Part shown: positions 6,830 to 17,150 of the stretch, in pieces
Layout: each line of letters starts with the position of its first letter
How positions within the stretch are numbered: position 1 is the stretch's first letter
Source: Enterobacter phage phiEap-1
Strand: one strand, 5' to 3'
Sequence record: KT321314.1
DNA length: 39,133 nt
Made by a program: the position numbers and the translations under genes
Notes under the pieces: model-generated
Seen by the model: the letters and a program-made list of their open reading frames with translations, nothing else
Told to the model about the DNA's origin: nothing
Databases searched by the model: none

Positions 6830-6971
6830 AGTAACCGTAGAAGGCGCTACGATGTCCGTAGAGTTACCCATTGAGGCCGACTCTTTGGAACACGCGCTGG
6901 AACTGGCGGAAGCTGAATATGAGTCTATCGGTATGGTCACACGGGTTCGCCCGGTGGTTCACTCCGAGTAA
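6813..6971 (+). CDS. 2: gp2 homologue, inhibitor of host RNA polymerase (52 aa)
   Basis: MSQQFKVTVEGATMSVELPIEADSLEHALELAEAEYESIGMVTRVRPVV resembles T7 gp2. AAGGAG sits 7 nt upstream of ATG 6813. Confidence 0.85.
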   Translation: MSQQFKVTVEGATMSVELPIEADSLEHALELAEAEYESIGMVTRVRPVVHSE

Positions 6972-6990
6972 GACATAATGTAGGAGACTA

Positions 6991-7013
6991 GCTATACCCT
7001 CACTATTGGGGAT
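6991..7013 (+). promoter_or_regulatory. Phage-RNAP promoter variant (phi2.5-like): gctataccctcactattggggat
   Basis: Consensus with -1 A>T. It sits upstream of the SSB gene, as phi2.5 does in T7. Confidence 0.55.
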
Positions 7014-7050
7014 ACTTCCCGAGACTTAATCGACACAAGGAGATACACAA

Positions 7051-7743
7051 ATGGCAGTAATCGCACGTAACAAAATCGTAACTTCCGGCGTTGGTACCGT
7101 TGAACCATACGCCTACCTGACCAAACCCGACTACGGTAACGAAGAGAAAGGCTTCGGTAACCCTCGTGGTGTCTACAAGGCAAGCTTAACGTTGCCAAAC
7201 ACTGACCCAATGTGTCAGCGCATGGTGCAAGACATCGTGGACACCCATGAAGCTCACTACGCTGAGCGCGTGGCTGAGTACAATGAGAACCCGCCTCAGG
7301 TCCAGCGCGGTAAGAAACCTCTGCTGCCGTATGAAGGCGACCTTCCGTTCATCGATAACGGTGACGGTACGACTACCTTTAAGTATTCTTGCTATGCGTC
7401 CTATCAGGACAAGAAAACCAAAGAGACCCGCCACATCAACGTGATGATTGTGGACTCTAAGGGCAAGAAGATTACTGGTGAAGCGGTCCCGCTGTTCATC
7501 GGTGGTGGCTCTAAGATTCGCATCAAGTACAAGCTGGTGCCATACTCTTGGAACCCGACCGTAGGCGCTTCCGTTAAGCTGCAAATCGATTCCTTCCAGT
7601 TAATCGAGCTGGCTACCTCCGGTGGCGGTGAGAGCGAGTGGGATGAAGTCGAAGGCGGCTACGAAGCACAGCAGGAAGACAACGGCGGCTGGACTGAGCA
7701 CGATGAGTCTGGTGCAGCCTCTGACGATGACGAAGACTTCTAA
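7051..7743 (+). CDS. 2.5: Single-stranded DNA-binding protein gp2.5
   Basis: Collinear with T7 gp2.5 as recalled (AEPYAY..KPDYGNEE.GFGNPRGVYK, acidic C-terminal tail ending DDDEDF). Confidence 0.97.
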   Translation: MAVIARNKIVTSGVGTVEPYAYLTKPDYGNEEKGFGNPRGVYKASLTLPNTDPMCQRMVQDIVDTHEAHYAERVAEYNENPPQVQRGKKPLLPYEGDLPFIDNGDGTTTFKYSCYASYQDKKTKETRHINVMIVDSKGKKITGEAVPLFIGGGSKIRIKYKLVPYSWNPTVGASVKLQIDSFQLIELATSGGGESEWDEVEGGYEAQQEDNGGWTEHDESGAASDDDEDF

Positions 7744-8198
7744 TGGCAGGCTATGGGGCCAAAGGGATTCGGAAGGTTGGGGCCTTCCGTTCTGGCCTTG
7801 AGGACAAGGTGTCCAAGCAGTTAGAATCCAAGGGCGTCACTTTCGATTACGAATTGTGGCGCATCCCTTACGTGATTCCTGCAAGTGACCACCTGTACAC
7901 CCCGGACTTCTTGTTACCTAACGGTATCTTCGTGGAGACTAAGGGTCTCTGGGAGGCTGACGACCGCAAGAAGCACCTGTTGATTCGAGAGCAACACCCG
8001 GAGTTAGACATTCGGTTGGTCTTCTCTTCGAGTCGCACCAAGATTTACAAAGGGTCGCCCACCAGTTACGCTGAGTGGTGCGAGAAGAACGGCATTAAGT
8101 TTGCCGATAAGTTAATACCTGTGGACTGGCTGAAGGAGCCTAAGCGTTCCGTACCGTTCGACAGGTTCAAACAGAAGAAACCTAAAGGAGCAAAGTGA
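7743..8198 (+). CDS. 3: Endonuclease I (Holliday junction resolvase)
   Basis: Near-identical to T7 gp3 as recalled (MAGYGAKGIRKVGAFRSGLEDKVSKQLESKG...). TAATG overlap with gene 2.5. Confidence 0.97.
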   Translation: MAGYGAKGIRKVGAFRSGLEDKVSKQLESKGVTFDYELWRIPYVIPASDHLYTPDFLLPNGIFVETKGLWEADDRKKHLLIREQHPELDIRLVFSSSRTKIYKGSPTSYAEWCEKNGIKFADKLIPVDWLKEPKRSVPFDRFKQKKPKGAK

Positions 8199-8422
8199 CC
8201 ACTATGGAAATCATTAAGGAGCAATCTCCACAAGACAAATTGCTGACCATTAACGATGTACCTGTCGGCAAGACCTTCGTCATTGACGGTTGGAATAGTG
8301 TCCACCTGCGCATTAATGACGGCATCGTCAACATGGACGAGAACACCTTCCGTGGGCCGGGAGAGTGGCGTACAGACGTCTGTGCACGAATTGTCCAGTC
8401 AGAACTGAAGGTGACTTTGTGA
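8195..8422 (+). CDS. Hypothetical 75-aa protein inserted between endonuclease I and lysozyme
   Basis: Start is GTG 8195 (AGGAG 4 nt upstream, GTGA overlap with the gene 3 stop) or ATG 8204. Its stop overlaps the lysozyme ATG (tgATG). No counterpart in T7. Confidence 0.55.
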   Translation: MTTMEIIKEQSPQDKLLTINDVPVGKTFVIDGWNSVHLRINDGIVNMDENTFRGPGEWRTDVCARIVQSELKVTL

Positions 8423-8877
8423 TGGCTAAAGTTCAATTCAAACCTCGCAAAGAGACCTCTCAGATTTTCGTCCACTGCTCAGCTACCAAGGCAACCATGG
8501 ACATTGGTGTCCGTGAGATTCGCCAGTGGCATAAGGAGCAAGGCTGGCTGGACATCGGGTATCACTTTGTGATTCGTCGTGACGGTACGATTGAGACTGG
8601 TCGTGACCTTGGGGCCGTTGGGTCGCACGTTAAGGGATACAACGAGACCTCTGTAGGTGTCTGTCTGGTTGGTGGTATCGACGCTAAAGGAAACCATGAG
8701 GCAAACTTTACGCCTCAGCAGATGGCCTCACTAAAGAACGTGCTGACGACACTTAAAGGTGAATGGCCTAACGCTGTTATCATGGCGCATCACGATGTAG
8801 CACCTAAGGCGTGCCCGAGCTTCGACTTGTCGCGCTGGCTGAAGACTGGAGAGCTGGTCACTTCGGACCGAGGCTGA
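8422..8877 (+). CDS. 3.5: Lysozyme / N-acetylmuramoyl-L-alanine amidase (T7 gp3.5 type, also an RNAP regulator)
   Basis: MAKVQFK...IFVHCSATK...GVREIRQWHKEQGWLDIGYHF...HHDVAPKACPSFDL...LVTSDRG is collinear with T7 lysozyme. Start placed at ATG 8422, not the maximal 8365. Confidence 0.95.
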   Translation: MAKVQFKPRKETSQIFVHCSATKATMDIGVREIRQWHKEQGWLDIGYHFVIRRDGTIETGRDLGAVGSHVKGYNETSVGVCLVGGIDAKGNHEANFTPQQMASLKNVLTTLKGEWPNAVIMAHHDVAPKACPSFDLSRWLKTGELVTSDRG

Positions 8878-8879
8878 TA

Positions 8880-8902
8880 GCAATACACTCACTATAGGGA
8901 CG
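8880..8902 (+). promoter_or_regulatory. Phage-RNAP promoter (phi3.8/phi4-like): caatacactcactatagggacga
   Basis: Consensus with one upstream substitution. The transcript start folds into a GGGACGAC-ataac-GTTGTCCC hairpin. Confidence 0.6.
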
Positions 8903-8943
8903 ACATAACGTTGTCCCTGTTGTTTCGTTTAGGAGATTACTTT

Positions 8944-10787
<1,844 letters not shown>

Positions 10788-10885
10788 ACATGACGAGTGG
10801 TGCTCCTGTAAGCACTGCTGTCCAACACTCGAAGCATTCCGAGCGAGAATGTATCGAGACTTCAACCGAAAATAAGGAGAATCAA

Positions 10886-11095
10886 ATGTTTAAACTTATC
10901 GAAGCATTGGGCCGACTGGTCGTATCACTGTATGTCCGCGAAGCCAAGGCACTGGACAAACTGTCTAAGGTGGAGGCCGAGGCCGCCGCTAAGCTGGCTA
11001 AGAAAGCAGACGAAGCACGTCAGGCGTCACTGGACGCAACCGCAAGTGCCGCTAAGGTAGCACTTAAAGCTCAGAAACTTAAGGAGTTCTTCTGA
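10886..11095 (+). CDS. Hypothetical 69-aa Ala/Lys-rich helical protein (4.3-like position)
   Basis: Strong TAAGGAG sits 6 nt upstream of ATG 10886. The maximal ORF starts at 10790 but lacks an RBS. Confidence 0.75.
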   Translation: MFKLIEALGRLVVSLYVREAKALDKLSKVEAEAAAKLAKKADEARQASLDATASAAKVALKAQKLKEFF

Positions 11096-11096
11096 T

Positions 11097-11360
11097 ATGT
11101 CCAAGCACAATACCATTCGCTTATCCGACACCGTAGACCAGTGGTCTCGTCGAGTTCACGTTAACGTTCGAGGTGAGAAAGTCACAACTGTGTACCGCTG
11201 GAAGTCACGAGATGGTCGCGACCACACTCAGCGCATGACGCTTAACGATGACCAGACGTCTCGACTATTAGCGGCGCTACTAAGCGCTCAGAGTACTGTA
11301 ATGGAAGGAGATGACGTGCGCATCAAGTCGTTCCTTACCAAGCTCAGTAAGTCAATCTAA
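11097..11360 (+). CDS. Hypothetical 87-aa protein (4.5-like position)
   Basis: ORF track entry with AGGAG upstream. It is followed by an RNase III-type hairpin. Confidence 0.7.
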   Translation: MSKHNTIRLSDTVDQWSRRVHVNVRGEKVTTVYRWKSRDGRDHTQRMTLNDDQTSRLLAALLSAQSTVMEGDDVRIKSFLTKLSKSI

Positions 11361-11363
11361 CAG

Positions 11364-11406
11364 TGATAAACTCAAGGTCATCCAAGTGGCGGCCTTTATG
11401 ATTATC
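11364..11406 (+). promoter_or_regulatory. RNase III-type processing hairpin (R4.7-like)
   Basis: gataaactcaaggtcatc-caagtg-gcggcctttatgattatc. Same family as 4591-4633. Confidence 0.5.
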
Positions 11407-11431
11407 ATTAATACAAATGGAGATATTACCA

Positions 11432-11863
11432 ATGCGTAAACCTGAAGAAATTCGTGCAGAAATCGACAAGCTGGTCAAAGAGCTTGACGCTGTGAAGGTT
11501 CATGAGTCCAAGCGAGACGCTGCGTGCCACATCCTGACTAACTTGGGGTGGACCCATAGTCCACAGAAGGGTTGGCAGAAGCCGGAGCCTAAGCGTGACT
11601 GGAAGGAGTTCGATAGTAACTCAATGACTCACATCAAGGCTGGCGATTGGGTACTAATTGACGCCCTCGTGCCAACCCTTGGTGGTAACGTTAAGTGTGG
11701 CGCGTATGTCCGCAAAACATCAGGGAACAGGGTAGTCGTGTCTCCAGTCGTTGGGGCGAGCACACGTGGCGCTCATGTTTCGGAGATGCGAATCGAAGTA
11801 TCCACATCAAACTGTCGAGTTGTTCCAATGACCATCGCCGCTGGTAGATTATTCACTCGATAA
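11432..11863 (+). CDS. Hypothetical protein (4.7-like position, 143 aa)
   Basis: ORF 11417-11863. Start placed at ATG 11432 (GGAGA 8 nt upstream) rather than 11417, which has no RBS. Confidence 0.7.
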   Translation: MRKPEEIRAEIDKLVKELDAVKVHESKRDAACHILTNLGWTHSPQKGWQKPEPKRDWKEFDSNSMTHIKAGDWVLIDALVPTLGGNVKCGAYVRKTSGNRVVVSPVVGASTRGAHVSEMRIEVSTSNCRVVPMTIAAGRLFTR

Positions 11864-11879
11864 CAATAGGAGGGCATCA

Positions 11880-14006
11880 ATGCTCGTAACCGATATCGAA
11901 GCAGACAACCTTTTAGAGCACGTTACGCAGTTCCACTGTGGAGTCATTTACGACTACTCTACCGATGAGTACGTATCGTATCGACCGTGGGACTTCTCAG
12001 CGTATCTCGATGCGTTGGAGGCAGAGGTGGCACGTGGTGGACTTATCGTCTTCCACAACGGTCACAAGTATGATGCCCCGGCGCTGACCAAACTGGCTAA
12101 GCTACAGTTAAACCGAGAGTTCCACCTGCCGCGAGAGAACGTGATAGACACCTTGGTCCTCAGTCGTTTGCAGTACGCGAACATTAAGGACACCGATATG
12201 GGCCTGCTGCGTTCCGGCAAGTTACCCGGTAAGCGCTTCGGGTCTCACGCTCTGGAAGCATGGGGCTATCGTCTCGGTGTGATGAAGGGTGAGTACAAGG
12301 ATGACTTCAAGAAACTCCTTGAGGAGCAAGGCGAGGAGTACACTCCGGGTCTCGAATGGAAATCCTTCAACGAGCCAATGATGGATTATAACGTTCAGGA
12401 CGTTGTGGTAACCAAGGTGCTACTTGAGAAACTACTAAGTGACAAGCACTACTTCCCGGACTCGGAGAGGCTCCTTGAGGAGTGGTGCAACGCAGATGCA
12501 AGCCTGTTCTGGACAACCGCCTGTGAGGCTGTGTGGCTGGAACACCGGGCCGCTTGGTTACTCGCTAAGCAGGAACGAAACGGATTCCCGTTTGACACAA
12601 AGGCCATCGAGGCGCTTTACGTTGAACTTGCGGGTCGTCGTTCGGAACTCCTTCAGCAACTTACAGAGACCTTTGGGACTTGGTATCAGCCGAAAGGTGG
12701 CACCGAGCCGTTCCTCCACCCGCGCACCGGGAAGCCACTCCATAAGTATCCACGAGTGAAGACCCCGAAGCAGGGCGGTGTCTACAAGAAGCCGAAGAAC
12801 AAAGCGCAACGTGAGGGTCTGGAACCATGTGAACTAGATACGAGAGACTACATGGCAGGCGCTCCGTATACACCAGTAGAGCACGTTGTGTTCAACCCAA
12901 GTAGCCGTGACCATATAGCACTGAAACTTCAAGAGGCCGGATGGGTCCCTACGGAATTTACCGACAAGGGCGCACCTAAGGTTGACGATGAGGTCCTCGA
13001 ACACGTTCGTGTAGATGACCCTGAGAAGCAGAAGTGTATCGACCTCATTAAAGAGTACCTGATGATTCAGAAGCGAATCGGTCAGGCGGCTGAGGGAGAC
13101 AAAGCGTGGTTACGCTACGTAGCAGAGGATGGAAAAATCCATGGAAGTGTTAACCCTAATGGTGCAGTTACAGGGCGAGCGACGCATAGCTTCCCTAACC
13201 TCGGTCAGGTTCCGGGCGTTCGTTCGCCGTATGGTGAACCTTGTCGAGCAGCGTTCGGAGCAGAGCATCACTTGGACGGACTTACCGGAGAGCCTTGGGT
13301 TCAAGCGGGTATCGACGCCAGTGGACTCGAATTGCGTTGTCTGGCACACTTCATGTCTAAGTACGACAACGGGGCGTACGCTGATGTCATTCTCAACGGT
13401 GATATCCACACAGTCAACCAAGAAGCGGCTGAGCTACCAACACGCGATAACGCCAAGACATTCATCTACGGTTTCCTCTATGGGGCTGGAGATGAAAAGA
13501 TTGGTCAGATTGTGGGAGCAGGTAAAGAGCGCGGAAAAGAACTTAAGCGCAAATTCCTTGAGAACACTCCAGCAATCGCAGCGTTGCGTGAAGGAATCCA
13601 GCAGACCCTCGTCGAGTCATCCAAATGGGTCGGTGGAGAGCAACACGTCAAGTGGAAGCGTCGTTGGATTAAAGGTCTTGATGGGCGCAAGGTCCACGTC
13701 AGGTCTCCACATGCCGCCCTTAACACTCTCCTTCAGTCAGCGGGTGCGCTCATTTGTAAGCTCTGGATTGTCGAGACTGAAGAGTTACTTCTCAAAGCTG
13801 GCTTAAAGCATGGCTGGGATGGAGACTTTGCGTACATGGCGTGGGTCCACGACGAAATCCAAGTGGGTTGTCGTACACCGGAGATTGCACAACAGGTAAT
13901 AGACATTGCGCAGCAGGCTATGCGTAACGTTGGGGACCACTTTAAGTTCCGTTGCCGTCTGGACACAGAAGGTAAGATGGGTCCTAATTGGGCCGTATGT
14001 CACTAA
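11880..14006 (+). CDS. 5: DNA polymerase (family A) with 3'-5' exonuclease domain
   Basis: Near-collinear with T7 gp5 as recalled (DIEA.NLLE..T.FHCGVIYDYST, thioredoxin-binding region, RDNAKTFIYGFLYGAG, VHDEIQ). Confidence 0.98.
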   Translation: MLVTDIEADNLLEHVTQFHCGVIYDYSTDEYVSYRPWDFSAYLDALEAEVARGGLIVFHNGHKYDAPALTKLAKLQLNREFHLPRENVIDTLVLSRLQYANIKDTDMGLLRSGKLPGKRFGSHALEAWGYRLGVMKGEYKDDFKKLLEEQGEEYTPGLEWKSFNEPMMDYNVQDVVVTKVLLEKLLSDKHYFPDSERLLEEWCNADASLFWTTACEAVWLEHRAAWLLAKQERNGFPFDTKAIEALYVELAGRRSELLQQLTETFGTWYQPKGGTEPFLHPRTGKPLHKYPRVKTPKQGGVYKKPKNKAQREGLEPCELDTRDYMAGAPYTPVEHVVFNPSSRDHIALKLQEAGWVPTEFTDKGAPKVDDEVLEHVRVDDPEKQKCIDLIKEYLMIQKRIGQAAEGDKAWLRYVAEDGKIHGSVNPNGAVTGRATHSFPNLGQVPGVRSPYGEPCRAAFGAEHHLDGLTGEPWVQAGIDASGLELRCLAHFMSKYDNGAYADVILNGDIHTVNQEAAELPTRDNAKTFIYGFLYGAGDEKIGQIVGAGKERGKELKRKFLENTPAIAALREGIQQTLVESSKWVGGEQHVKWKRRWIKGLDGRKVHVRSPHAALNTLLQSAGALICKLWIVETEELLLKAGLKHGWDGDFAYMAWVHDEIQVGCRTPEIAQQVIDIAQQAMRNVGDHFKFRCRLDTEGKMGPNWAVCH

Positions 14007-14027
14007 TACTATACAGGAGATTTAACC

Positions 14028-14315
14028 ATGGCGATGACTAAACGTGTACGTGTGAGTTTTGATGCTAAGCTGGTACTGTCCACTAAAGATGTTGAGGCAA
14101 TCACTAAGAACCTCGTAGATACCTCAAAGGGATTCCTAGAGGGTAAACAAACAGACGGTCGTAAACTTGCTGGTATCGAGGCCGCTGCCACCAAGGGACC
14201 GGAAGCAGCCATCGAGCTTGCCATCAAGGGTCTCATCACGAGCAATCTTAAGGAATTGCTGCAAGAGATGGACTTCAGTTCCTTCGGTAACTTCCGAGTG
14301 GAGATTAAACAGTGA
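14028..14315 (+). CDS. 5.5: gp5.5 homologue (H-NS-binding protein in T7)
   Basis: N-terminus MAMTKRVRVSFD matches T7 gp5.5 (MAMTKKFKVSFD) as recalled. Confidence 0.8.
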   Translation: MAMTKRVRVSFDAKLVLSTKDVEAITKNLVDTSKGFLEGKQTDGRKLAGIEAAATKGPEAAIELAIKGLITSNLKELLQEMDFSSFGNFRVEIKQ

Positions 14316-14521
14316 GTGAGTATCTCAAAGTACTGGCGGCCCTCAAGGGCTGCCCTAAGTCATTCCAATCGAACTACGTACGGAACAACGCTGCGTTAGT
14401 CGCTGAGGCTGCGAGCCGTGGTCACATTTCATGTCTGACCATGAGTGGTCGTAATGGTGGCGCTTGGGAGATTACCAGTGCCGGGGTGAAATTCCTTAAG
14501 ATTCACGGAGGTTGTTTATGA
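14312..14521 (+). CDS. 5.7: gp5.7 homologue (69 aa)
   Basis: MSEYLKVLAALKGCPKSFQSNYVRNNAALVAEAASRGHISCLTMSGRNGGAWEITSAG is near-identical to T7 gp5.7. GTG start with GTGA overlap with 5.5. Confidence 0.9.
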   Translation: MSEYLKVLAALKGCPKSFQSNYVRNNAALVAEAASRGHISCLTMSGRNGGAWEITSAGVKFLKIHGGCL

Positions 14522-14901
14522 GTAAGTTGTCCGATAACGTTAAAGGCTACGTAAAGGAGCTTGGCGAGCGTGAGACCGAGCACCGTAAGTATTCTTCGTT
14601 CTACCTGACGATATCCTTGAAGGTTACCGAGCGTGATGCTGAGTACGAAGAAGAACTCCGCCCGTACGTTGGTAAAGAGATTGTCGCTACCGGAATGTGG
14701 GACGACACTTGGGGTGATGAGATTTACGACTGGCGAGTATTCTCTGTGGAGACCTCTGAGGAAGATACAGAAGCCCGTTCAGAGTTCCGCGAGTTACTCT
14801 CTCACCTCAACGCCGAGGATAACAGCATGGCCCTAGACTTCCTTGAGAAGCACCTTAAGCCTAAACTAGTGGAGAATCGCGTGGAGGTTCACCATGAGTA
14901 A
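14518..14901 (+). CDS. Hypothetical strongly acidic 127-aa protein at the gp5.9 (RecBCD-inhibitor) locus
   Basis: ATG 14518 (GGAGG 8 nt upstream, ATGA overlap with the 5.7 stop). About 33 Asp/Glu versus about 17 Lys/Arg. It overlaps the gene 6 start by 8 nt. Confidence 0.75.
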   Translation: MSKLSDNVKGYVKELGERETEHRKYSSFYLTISLKVTERDAEYEEELRPYVGKEIVATGMWDDTWGDEIYDWRVFSVETSEEDTEARSEFRELLSHLNAEDNSMALDFLEKHLKPKLVENRVEVHHE

Positions 14902-15829
14902 GCATACTTTGTTATCCTTCAGTGACTTCCGGGCAACCCAACCGAGAGCCAAAGGCGTCCTTGTGATGGATGGTGACTGGCTGGTCTTTCAGGCCATGAG
15001 TGCCGCTGAGTTCGATGCCTCTTGGGAGGAGGAGATTTGGCACCGTTGCTGCGACCACGCTAAGGCTTGGGAGATTCTGCAAGGTTCCATTGAGTCCTAC
15101 AAGTCCCGTAAGAAGGCTTGGAAGAATGCCGACGTAGTCCTAGCGTTTACCGACCGTGTCAACTGGCGCAAGCTGTTGGTGGACCCAACGTACAAAGAGA
15201 ACCGCGCTGTCACTAAGAAGCCTGTAGGTTACTTTGAGTTCCTTGAGCGTGTCTGGGAACACTACACGAGCATCCTTGAGCCTCAACTGGAAGGCGATGA
15301 CGTTATGGGAATCATTGGGTCTAACCCTCTGGTCTACGGTTACGACAAGGCCGTTCTTGTGTCATGCGATAAGGACTTCAAGACCATCCCTGATTGCGAC
15401 TTCCTCTGGTGCACCACTGGTAACATCCTCGTGCAGACCCAAGAGACCGCTGACTGGTGGCATGCCTACCAGATGGTCAAGGGTGACATGACGGATGGCT
15501 ACGGAGGCATTCCAGGGTGGGGTGATACCGCTGAAGGGTTCCTCAATGAACCTCACGTTGTGGAGCCTGTAGTGTCCGTATTGAAGTCCGGTAAGAACAA
15601 GGGCCAAGAGGTCACCAAGTGGGTGAAACGTGCTCCTGAGCCGGGAGAGACGCTCTGGGACTGCATTAAGTCCATCGGTGCTAAAGCCGGGATGGAACCT
15701 GAGGACATCATTAAGCAGGGCCAGATGGCTCGCATCCTGAGGTCTGACGAGTACAACATTGAAACAGGAGAGATTACTTTATGGGACCCGTCTCTGTCGG
15801 AGAAGCTGCTGCTGTCATCCTTATCGTAG
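14894..15829 (+). CDS. 6: 5'-3' exonuclease
   Basis: Collinear with T7 gp6 as recalled (GILVMDGDWLVFQAMSAAEFDASWEEEIWHRCCDHAKA..., KPVGYFEF, SCDKDFKTIP.CDFLWCTTGNIL). Confidence 0.97.
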   Translation: MSKHTLLSFSDFRATQPRAKGVLVMDGDWLVFQAMSAAEFDASWEEEIWHRCCDHAKAWEILQGSIESYKSRKKAWKNADVVLAFTDRVNWRKLLVDPTYKENRAVTKKPVGYFEFLERVWEHYTSILEPQLEGDDVMGIIGSNPLVYGYDKAVLVSCDKDFKTIPDCDFLWCTTGNILVQTQETADWWHAYQMVKGDMTDGYGGIPGWGDTAEGFLNEPHVVEPVVSVLKSGKNKGQEVTKWVKRAPEPGETLWDCIKSIGAKAGMEPEDIIKQGQMARILRSDEYNIETGEITLWDPSLSEKLLLSSLS

Positions 15830-15900
15830 GACCGATTGCGCGCTTGCTGTGGGTGCTGGCGTATCACAGCCGTAAGTCACTGAAAGACAACACTAAGTAG
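15781..15900 (+). CDS. Hypothetical 39-aa membrane peptide (MGPVSVGEAAAVILIVGPIARLLWVLAYHSRKSLKDNTK), 6.3-like position
   Basis: +1-frame ORF overlapping the 3' end of gene 6. ATG 15781 has AGGAG 10 nt upstream. One hydrophobic helix. Confidence 0.35.
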   Translation: MGPVSVGEAAAVILIVGPIARLLWVLAYHSRKSLKDNTK

Positions 15901-15922
15901 TATGTTCGAGTATGCATCAGGA

Positions 15923-15945
15923 GCAATCCCCTCACTATAGGGGAG
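15923..15945 (+). promoter_or_regulatory. Phage-RNAP promoter (phi6.5-like): gcaatcccctcactataggggag
   Basis: Consensus with a -13/-12 substitution. It is followed by an AT-rich attactttaag x2 tract (15948-15996), a candidate secondary origin as in T7. Confidence 0.6.
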
Positions 15946-15996
15946 ATGTATACTCTATAGATATTACTTTAAGATTACTTTAAGAGGAGCATCTTT

Positions 15997-16242
15997 ATGA
16001 TTAAAAGTATTCACAACGTATTCCTAGCACCTATGGAAGCACCAGTAATCTCCAAGGCAGCTATTGAGTTCCTCCAGAACCGCCTTAACATGGCGCAGGT
16101 TGCAGCTAACGGTGACCTAGACAGGTTCCGTTCAGGTAACAGTGAGGCCGCTACTTTAGGTTTCCTCATGGGCCTACAGTACGCCTGTGACGTTTTGGAT
16201 GACCTTACGGAATACCGTGAGCAGACACGTGAAGAGGAGTAA
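15997..16242 (+). CDS. Hypothetical 81-aa protein (6.5-like position)
   Basis: ORF with GAGGAG RBS. Confidence 0.8.
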   Translation: MIKSIHNVFLAPMEAPVISKAAIEFLQNRLNMAQVAANGDLDRFRSGNSEAATLGFLMGLQYACDVLDDLTEYREQTREEE

Positions 16243-16247
16243 TTATT

Positions 16248-16478
16248 ATGTGCTTCAGTCCAAAGGTGAAGACACCAAAGGTGGACACCGCTCAGGTAGT
16301 ACCACCAGCTCCACTAACGGAGCAACCAACTGGCGTGGTCTTCGGTGGTAACGATGAGGACAACTCAGCGGATACCACCGCGAACGCTACTGGTCGCAAG
16401 AGCGTCACCGTTAAGAAAGACCCGGCGAAGGCTACAAATGCCTCTAAGTCAATCACAAACAAGGCGTTCAATCAATGA
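16248..16478 (+). CDS. 6.7: gp6.7 homologue (virion/ejected protein)
   Basis: N-terminus MCFSPKVKTPKVDT matches T7 gp6.7 MCFSPKIKTPKMDT. Confidence 0.9.
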   Translation: MCFSPKVKTPKVDTAQVVPPAPLTEQPTGVVFGGNDEDNSADTTANATGRKSVTVKKDPAKATNASKSITNKAFNQ

Positions 16479-16879
16479 TACTACGAAGAACGGGTGCAGA
16501 CATTGTGTTGCGCGAGCAGGCTATCCTATGGACATGGGAGCGCCTTAAGACACCTAAAGGGTTCTGTACGTTCGATGAGTGGGCGGACCACGTTAACGTT
16601 GTGATGGACCAATCAGGCTACAATGAGTCGGTCCTCAGGGTTTACCCAGAGGGAGTCTCTGTGGCGTACTTTGCGTGGCAGGTTGGTCAGTGCATCCACC
16701 ATCGTGGTGATGTATTCGACTTGGGCTTCATGGTGATCAACCCGTCCTTCAAGGACACCAGAAGTGTCTGGATGGCTATCCTAGCGCTTGCCCGTCTGAA
16801 AGGCTGCTCATGGATTGCCCGTAAGCAGCACCAACAAGATGGGTCCATTAAAACTATTTACTCGGAGGTGAAAATCTAA
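16475..16879 (+). CDS. 7: gp7-like virion protein (134 aa)
   Basis: Position and size match T7 gene 7. ATGA overlap with gene 6.7. Confidence 0.75.
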   Translation: MILRRTGADIVLREQAILWTWERLKTPKGFCTFDEWADHVNVVMDQSGYNESVLRVYPEGVSVAYFAWQVGQCIHHRGDVFDLGFMVINPSFKDTRSVWMAILALARLKGCSWIARKQHQQDGSIKTIYSEVKI

Positions 16880-17127
16880 TGGGCAGTATCGTAAAGAAAA
16901 TCACTAAAGCAGCCAATAAGCTGACTGGTGGATTGCTCGGTAAAGACCCTGCGATGCCACAGGCAGTAGCCCCAGAGCCTGTCGCCCCGGCCCCGGTGGA
17001 AGCACCTAAGGTCGAACAGGTAGAGGACAATTCGACTGACACTGAGTCAGACAAGAAGCGTGTCCGGGCGACTGGCAAGAAGTCTCTTAGCGTATCCCGT
17101 AACTCTGGCGCTGGTATCAACGTATGA
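16879..17127 (+). CDS. 7.3: gp7.3 homologue (tail/adsorption protein)
   Basis: C-terminal GKKSLSVSRNSGAGINV matches T7 gp7.3 GKKSLSVARSSGGGINI. Basic N-terminus. Confidence 0.88.
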   Translation: MGSIVKKITKAANKLTGGLLGKDPAMPQAVAPEPVAPAPVEAPKVEQVEDNSTDTESDKKRVRATGKKSLSVSRNSGAGINV

Positions 17128-17150
17128 TTGGTTATGGGGAGGGCTAATAG

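Noticed and set aside
13129-13806. 225-aa plus-strand ORF in an alternative frame of the DNA polymerase gene (similar cases at 12439-12759, 17662-18024, 18307-18597, 22154-22342, 25420-25713, 27532-27744, 33038-33352)
   Set aside because: Ser/Thr/Arg-rich low-complexity translations typical of off-frame reading of GC-balanced coding DNA. No RBS-start pairs. Unlike the 10507-10875 case, they neither fill an intergenic gap nor couple to a downstream RBS.
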